Of a stretch of 64,000 bases of DNA, positions 58,505-64,000 are shown piece after piece. How positions within the stretch are numbered: position 1 is the first letter of the stretch; the number at the start of each line of letters is the position of its first letter. This stretch comes from Candidatus Saccharimonadota bacterium (lineage in GTDB: Bacteria; Patescibacteriota; Saccharimonadia; QS-5-54-17), in NCBI GenBank assembly GCA_050486185.1, contig JBJHCT010000003.1, positions 37,500-101,499 on the forward strand, given 5' to 3'. The notes beneath the pieces are model-generated. The model saw only the letters and a program-made list of their open reading frames with translations, made no database searches and was not told the DNA's origin. The translations under genes were made by a program, and so were the position numbers.

Positions 58505-59941
58505 TTACTTCTTGAGTAGCTTTCTAGCTTGTTTCAAAGCCTCTTCCTGATTATCTATCTCGTGATTGAGGTAGGCGTCTTCTAGGTCTTTTAGTAGTTG
58601 ACCTAGTATAGAATCTGCCGGCAATTTCAATTCGTCCATCAACCACTTACCATCAACTCCTAAGTCTTCCTTAAGAGACGGTGGTCTCTTGGCTTTCCTA
58701 GCTTGGTAGTTAGCCCACATGTTATCTAGTTCGGTGAAATCTGCCGGGCCATCATCAACAGAGCCGTCATCTCGCAAGCTCCAGGCTGCATGAGCATCGG
58801 CTCTGTGAAGTTCTAGCAGATCACCGAAGGCAGGATGGGACATGAAGTTATCGGCTTTTCTGGGTCTCATCTTGGGTAGAGTGTCGATACTTAGGTGATT
58901 ATGTATCATCCAAGCTACTTCTTCACGAAAACGTTTAGCAAAACGCAATCTTTTTAACATTTTTGTAGAAATCTCAGCACCTAGGCGGTGATGATCACTA
59001 AAGCGTATTCTATCGCCACTGTCTTTAGCTGGCTGAAAGCTGGGCGCCTTGCCAATATCATGAAGCAATGTAGCCCAAGCTAGCCTAGGGGAGACGATAT
59101 CAGGTAGATGTCCGATACTAATCATAGTATGAGTAAATACATCTCCTTCGGCATGTAGTTTTTCAGGCTGCTCAACCCCTTTAGTAGCGGCCAGTTCTGG
59201 CAAGAGCTGTTTTATAGCGCCTAAATGATCTAGGTCCTCAAAAGCTACTTGCCTTCTAGGGTGCATTAATATGCGAGTAAGCTCTGTTTTAACTCTCTCT
59301 GGAGCTATATCTTGGAGTCTGCCTTTTGAAATAGCTTGTTTAATGGCTTGCTTAGTTTTAGTCTCAAAACTAAATCCTAAGACATGCTTAAGCCTAATAG
59401 CGCGCAAGATACGAAGCGGGTCTTCTTTGATCCGTTTCTTAGGAGTTCCTACAAAGCGAATTAGGTGGCTTTTGAGATCCTTCATACCATCAACTTCATC
59501 AACAATTTCTTTGGTCAGGGGATCATAAGCTAGGGCGTTGATAGTAAAGTCACGTCTGTAGATATCTTCTTTTAGGCTAGCAAACTTAATTTTGGTATCT
59601 TTTCTACCCTTTCTAGCACCTACATCTTTTCTGTATGTAGCTATCTCGATCTCTACTTCATGAGTTTGCGAGGAATCCTCATCGGGTATGCGCAAATATA
59701 CCCTAGTTACTCCGTAAGCTTGAGCTGTGTCTTTGTAGAAAGATTTACTAAAGTCTTTAATCTTTAAGATTTCTTCAGGCCTAGCATTAGTGGCAAGGTC
59801 AAAGTCTTTAGGTTTTTTACCCAGCAACATATCCCTAACGGCTCCACCGATAATGTAGGCTTCAAAGCCTTTTTGGTTAAGTTTTTCAGCCGCTAGCTCA
59901 GCAGCTTTAAAATGAGGGGAGTTAGGGGTAGTAATATCCAT
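58505..59941 (-). CDS. CCA tRNA nucleotidyltransferase with HD domain
   Basis: GGAVRD..KDFD, RRDFTINAL, EDPLRILRA, LLHDIGK. Confidence 0.9.
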   Translation of the reverse strand: MDITTPNSPHFKAAELAAEKLNQKGFEAYIIGGAVRDMLLGKKPKDFDLATNARPEEILKIKDFSKSFYKDTAQAYGVTRVYLRIPDEDSSQTHEVEIEIATYRKDVGARKGRKDTKIKFASLKEDIYRRDFTINALAYDPLTKEIVDEVDGMKDLKSHLIRFVGTPKKRIKEDPLRILRAIRLKHVLGFSFETKTKQAIKQAISKGRLQDIAPERVKTELTRILMHPRRQVAFEDLDHLGAIKQLLPELAATKGVEQPEKLHAEGDVFTHTMISIGHLPDIVSPRLAWATLLHDIGKAPSFQPAKDSGDRIRFSDHHRLGAEISTKMLKRLRFAKRFREEVAWMIHNHLSIDTLPKMRPRKADNFMSHPAFGDLLELHRADAHAAWSLRDDGSVDDGPADFTELDNMWANYQARKAKRPPSLKEDLGVDGKWLMDELKLPADSILGQLLKDLEDAYLNHEIDNQEEALKQARKLLKK

Positions 59942-59970
59942 ATATCTAAGATACCACTAATGCTTTAAGT

Positions 59971-61161
59971 TTACTCCTTTTCCCAGATCACTTGATCTTT
60001 AATCTCCTCAGGCAAAAAACCCTTATCATGCTCAAAACCCGCTTCCCACTTGTAATCTTGGCCGTAGCCTAAATCTTTCATTAATTTAGTCGGGGCGTTA
60101 CGTACGTGCAAAGGCACGCTTAAATCTTGGTACTCTTCTGCTAGTTTCAGAGCTTTGTTCATAGCCTCAGTTACTTTTCTTGATTTATCACATCTAGCTA
60201 GTACGCTAGCGCAGTGGAACAGGTTGTACTGGCACTCAGGCATACCGATCTTTTCTACGGCCTCAAAAGTAGCTACTGCTAGGTTTAAGGCTCCATTAGT
60301 AGCTATACCGACATCTTCGCTAGCAAAAACTGCCATCCGGCGAGCGATGAACTTAGGGTCTTCACCAGCTTGAAGCATCCTAGCTAGGTAATAGAGGGTG
60401 GCGTCGATATCACTACCCCGCATAGATTTAATGAAGGCTGAGATGAGGTTATGGTGCATCTCGCCAGCTTTATCAAATCCTGGGATGCGTTTTTGGGCAG
60501 CGGTTTTAATATCATCTATAGAGACCTTCTTACTACTTACTCGTAAGGCTAACTCCAGGATATTCAGTGCTATGCGGCTATCACCACCTGATAGCTGGGT
60601 GATATATTCAACCGCTCTTTTATCTAACTTACTTTTAGCTTTAATACTGCGAGCTGCTCTATCTATGATTTTTTCTATATCTTTAGGTTTTAGCGGCTCT
60701 AAAACCAAAACTCTAGAGCGAGATATGAGGGGTCTAATAACTTCAAAGCTAGGGTTTTCTGTAGTAGCACCGATTAAGGTAATTAGCCCGCTTTCTACGT
60801 GGGGTAAGAAGGCATCTTGCTGGGCTTTGTTGAACCTGTGGATCTCATCCACAAATAGGATAGTAGGGGTCTTGAGCCTCCTATTTTCCTCAGCAGTCTT
60901 AATAACTCTACGGACATCCTCTAATTTTGCCGATACGGCCGATATCTCTATGAATTCAGCCTCTACTTCACTAGCTATGATGCGAGCTAGAGTGGTCTTG
61001 CCGCTACCAGGAGGCCCCCAAAGTATCAAAGATGTTAGTTGCTTGCTATCAACTAATTTTTTAATTAGTCCACTCTTGCCCACTAAATGATCTTGGCCTA
61101 TGAATTCGTCTAGGCTTTTAGGTCGCATAGATTCTGCTAGTGGTACGTCTGAATCTCTCAC
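59971..61161 (-). CDS. rarA: Replication-associated recombination protein A
   Basis: PLAESMRP, WGPPGSGKTT, DEIHRFNKAQQD, ATTENPSF, SAFIKSMRGSD. Confidence 0.96.
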   Translation of the reverse strand: MRDSDVPLAESMRPKSLDEFIGQDHLVGKSGLIKKLVDSKQLTSLILWGPPGSGKTTLARIIASEVEAEFIEISAVSAKLEDVRRVIKTAEENRRLKTPTILFVDEIHRFNKAQQDAFLPHVESGLITLIGATTENPSFEVIRPLISRSRVLVLEPLKPKDIEKIIDRAARSIKAKSKLDKRAVEYITQLSGGDSRIALNILELALRVSSKKVSIDDIKTAAQKRIPGFDKAGEMHHNLISAFIKSMRGSDIDATLYYLARMLQAGEDPKFIARRMAVFASEDVGIATNGALNLAVATFEAVEKIGMPECQYNLFHCASVLARCDKSRKVTEAMNKALKLAEEYQDLSVPLHVRNAPTKLMKDLGYGQDYKWEAGFEHDKGFLPEEIKDQVIWEKE

Positions 61162-61245
61162 TAGTTTCAGTATAGCATCAGGGGTGTTTGATCTAAGCAG
61201 GAAAACGCGTAGTTCTCCTTAAGCCTGATATACTCTATAAGTATA

Positions 61246-64000
61246 ATGGCAGATTTTGACTCAGAGTATTCTAAGCTAAATAGCGCCCAAAAACAGGCGG
61301 TCGATAGTATCGACGGCCCGTTACTCGTCATAGCCGGTCCTGGTACCGGTAAAACCCAGCTGTTATCTATGCGAGTAGCCAATATCTTACGACTCAGCGA
61401 CGTATCACCTAGAAATATTTTGTGTCTAACCTTTACCGACTCAGCGGCTACTGCTATGCGGGAGAGGTTGCTTGGTCTAATCGGCATCGATGCGCATAAG
61501 GTAGCTATACATACTTTTCACAGCTTTGGTGTTGAGGTTATCAACCAATACCCAGAGTATTTTTACTCTAGTGCTAGGTTCTCTCCATCAGATGACGTGA
61601 CTCAGGTAGAAATCATTAATAGTATCCTAGCTAAACTCGATCACGATAGCCCACTAGCCTCAACGATGAATAATCGTTTTATCTATCTCAAACCTATTAA
61701 ATCGGCCATCGACTATTTGAAGAAATCCGGTCTTAACTCTGAGGACTTACGCTCAATTTTAGCTGCTAATGAGAGCGATATAGCAGAGATTGAGCCTAAG
61801 ATCGCAGCAGTCTTTAATCAAGGACGTATTTCTAAGAGCATGTTACCTAAACTAGCTGATGTAGCTAGTAAAATAACGATATCTAAACAACCAGATCTAC
61901 CTAAGCCTTTCGAGCCCCTGTCTAAAGTCTTACTCCATAGCCTGTCCCTAGCTTTAGATGAAGCAGAAGATCTTGGTAAAACCACACCGATTACTAACTG
62001 GCGTAATGCTTGGATGGAGAAAAGTTCTAGGGGCGAGTATGTCTTTAAAGACCATCACAACAACGCCAAACTCTATGTTCTAGCTGATGTCTATGAAGAG
62101 TATCAGCAAACACTAAAAAGGGAAGAGAAGTATGATTTCTCCGACATGGTTCTAGACGTGGTCCAAGCCATTGAATCCCATGATGAGCTGCGCTTTGCCT
62201 TGCAAGAACAGTACCAATACTTCCTAGTTGATGAGTTTCAAGATACTAATGAAGCCCAATTGAGATTACTAAACAATCTAGTTGATAATCCAATTCATGA
62301 AGGTAGGCCTGATGTGATGGTGGTGGGAGATGATGATCAGGCTATCTATAAGTTTCAAGGAGCTGAGGTTAGCAATATCGTTAGCTTCTACAACAAATAT
62401 CGTGATGTTCAATTAATTACTTTGACGCAAAACTACAGATCGACCCAAGAGATTCTAGATCTAGCCAAATCGGTAATTACTGGTGCTGAAACTAGATTAG
62501 AAAACACTATAGATGAGGTACATAAAGACCTTACTTCTGATAATAAGAAGCAAGACAAAGGTCAGATTCAATACAAAAGATTACCTACTTCCGAGCATCA
62601 GTATCTATTCGTAGCTGAGGAAATATCCAGGCTCATTAAGCAAGGCAAATCAGCTAGCGATATAGCGGTATTAGCTAGGCAACATACTCAACTAGAACAG
62701 CTGATGCCCTACTTGAGTGAAGCTAATATCCCGGTAGTATATGAGCGGCGTAGCAATGTCTTAGATCAGCGCCACATTGCTCAATTGCTTGATCTAGCTT
62801 ATCTAGTGCACTTTCTAACTAGTGATAACCAGGAGCTAGCTAATGAGTACCTATCCAAAGTCTTGAGCTATCCTTTCTGGGGGATTGACCCAGTCACAAC
62901 CTGGCGACTTAGTAGGCAAGCCTATGAGGAAGGTCAGCTATGGCTAGAAGCTATGCTAGCTAGTAAAGATAAAAGCCTATCGAAACTAGCTAATTGGCTA
63001 CTAGAGTGTGCCCACCAGGCCAAGAGTCAGCCATTAGAACATGTAATTGATATTTTAATCGGTGTTAAGAAACTATCAGGGTTTAAAAGTCCGTACCGTG
63101 ACTACTACTTCTCTAGTGAAAAGTTTGATGAAAACAGAGGTGAATATCTAGCCTTTCTATCAGCCCTGAGGTTGCTACGTAACAAACTGCGTGAATACCA
63201 CTACCGCGAGGTTATCTACCTTAAAGACTTAGTCGGCTTTATCGATACACACCGAGATAACGAGATACCGATAGTCGATGAGACGCCTTTTGTATCTCAT
63301 GATACGGCAGTCGAAGTGATGAGCGCCCATAAGGCCAAAGGCTTAGAGTTTGATACCGTTTTCGTTTTAGATTGTCAGGAAAAAGTTTGGACTCCAAGTG
63401 CTTCTAGGCAATCGATTAGATTCCCAGCCAACCTACCCATTACTCCGGCTGGAGACCACTTAGATGATCAGTTGAGACTGTTTTTCGTAGCTGCAACTCG
63501 GGCTAAATCCAATCTATACCTACTAGGCAGTAAACATAGTAGTAGTGGCAAGGAATCGTTACTAGCGCCATTCCTAGATCATCAATTGTTTGAAGATATT
63601 AAGATGGATGATGCTAAAACTATTGAGGTACTAGAGACTTCATGGCAATCGTACCAGCCCTTGCCGAGGGAGGCCGATGCCAAGGCGGTACTCAAACCCA
63701 TACTGAAAGACTACAAACTCAACGCTACTGCTTACATTAAATTCCTAGACGTAATTCGTGGTGGGCCTAAAGCCTTCCTACTTGAGAGTTTATTAAGGTT
63801 TCCACAAGCACCATCGGTATCGGCAGCCTTTGGTACAGCTATGCACAATACTTTAAACGAACTATATTATCTGCTTTCTCAAGGCAAAAAACCCCAAAGA
63901 GCTGAAGTCTTAGATATTTTCGCCCAGGCACTACGCTCTAGAAGACTCAAAAAAGAGGATGAGGCCAAACTGCTCAAACGTGGCCAAGATAGCCTCAAAG
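61246..64000 (+). CDS. UvrD/PcrA-type helicase, probably with C-terminal PD-(D/E)xK nuclease (runs off window)
   Basis: Manual translation LNSAQKQAV..AGPGTGKT, LTFT, TFHSF, VDEFQD, VGDDDQAIY, NYRS, HKAKGLEF; FGTAMH near the end. Confidence 0.9.
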   Translation, partial: MADFDSEYSKLNSAQKQAVDSIDGPLLVIAGPGTGKTQLLSMRVANILRLSDVSPRNILCLTFTDSAATAMRERLLGLIGIDAHKVAIHTFHSFGVEVINQYPEYFYSSARFSPSDDVTQVEIINSILAKLDHDSPLASTMNNRFIYLKPIKSAIDYLKKSGLNSEDLRSILAANESDIAEIEPKIAAVFNQGRISKSMLPKLADVASKITISKQPDLPKPFEPLSKVLLHSLSLALDEAEDLGKTTPITNWRNAWMEKSSRGEYVFKDHHNNAKLYVLADVYEEYQQTLKREEKYDFSDMVLDVVQAIESHDELRFALQEQYQYFLVDEFQDTNEAQLRLLNNLVDNPIHEGRPDVMVVGDDDQAIYKFQGAEVSNIVSFYNKYRDVQLITLTQNYRSTQEILDLAKSVITGAETRLENTIDEVHKDLTSDNKKQDKGQIQYKRLPTSEHQYLFVAEEISRLIKQGKSASDIAVLARQHTQLEQLMPYLSEANIPVVYERRSNVLDQRHIAQLLDLAYLVHFLTSDNQELANEYLSKVLSYPFWGIDPVTTWRLSRQAYEEGQLWLEAMLASKDKSLSKLANWLLECAHQAKSQPLEHVIDILIGVKKLSGFKSPYRDYYFSSEKFDENRGEYLAFLSALRLLRNKLREYHYREVIYLKDLVGFIDTHRDNEIPIVDETPFVSHDTAVEVMSAHKAKGLEFDTVFVLDCQEKVWTPSASRQSIRFPANLPITPAGDHLDDQLRLFFVAATRAKSNLYLLGSKHSSSGKESLLAPFLDHQLFEDIKMDDAKTIEVLETSWQSYQPLPREADAKAVLKPILKDYKLNATAYIKFLDVIRGGPKAFLLESLLRFPQAPSVSAAFGTAMHNTLNELYYLLSQGKKPQRAEVLDIFAQALRSRRLKKEDEAKLLKRGQDSLK

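Noticed and set aside
60398-61090. Long antisense ORFs (also 12569-13201, 11265-11636, 26094-26531)
   Set aside because: Fully overlap well-supported genes on the opposite strand with no motifs of their own

Overview
Chromosomal segment of a small-genome bacterium whose gene content and style best fit Patescibacteria/CPR, probably Saccharimonadia-like (inference). Standard genetic code; many genes look leaderless; acidic protein tails suggest a saline habitat. Left to right: dTDP-rhamnose genes; four tandem mosaic phage-tail-like glycine-rich genes, the first with an ALK/LTK-type domain; manC; MazEF; heliorhodopsin divergent from lexA; an HNH gene sharing a candidate LexA operator; a tRNA-Asn(GTT) split by a 233-nt group I intron. 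A decayed element integrated at that tRNA carries a truncated serine recombinase, a Kef-type antiporter, an odd tRNA-like gene embedded in complementary switch sequences, and an IS1595 transposase. Then surface proteins (GLUG, cutinase), trpS/argS/tsaC, CopB, two Fic proteins, rpmF-nusB-rnc-rpsP-khpA-trmD, NiSOD with an altered Ni-hook, tRNA-Gln, typA, redox membrane proteins, class F sortase, an ABC exporter, tatAC, a CCA enzyme, rarA and a partial UvrD-like helicase. The best candidate for an undescribed system is the tRNA-shaped RNA at 15524-15599, whose anticodon loop is complementary to several flanking sites. All calls come from reading the sequence by eye; no searches or folding programs were run.
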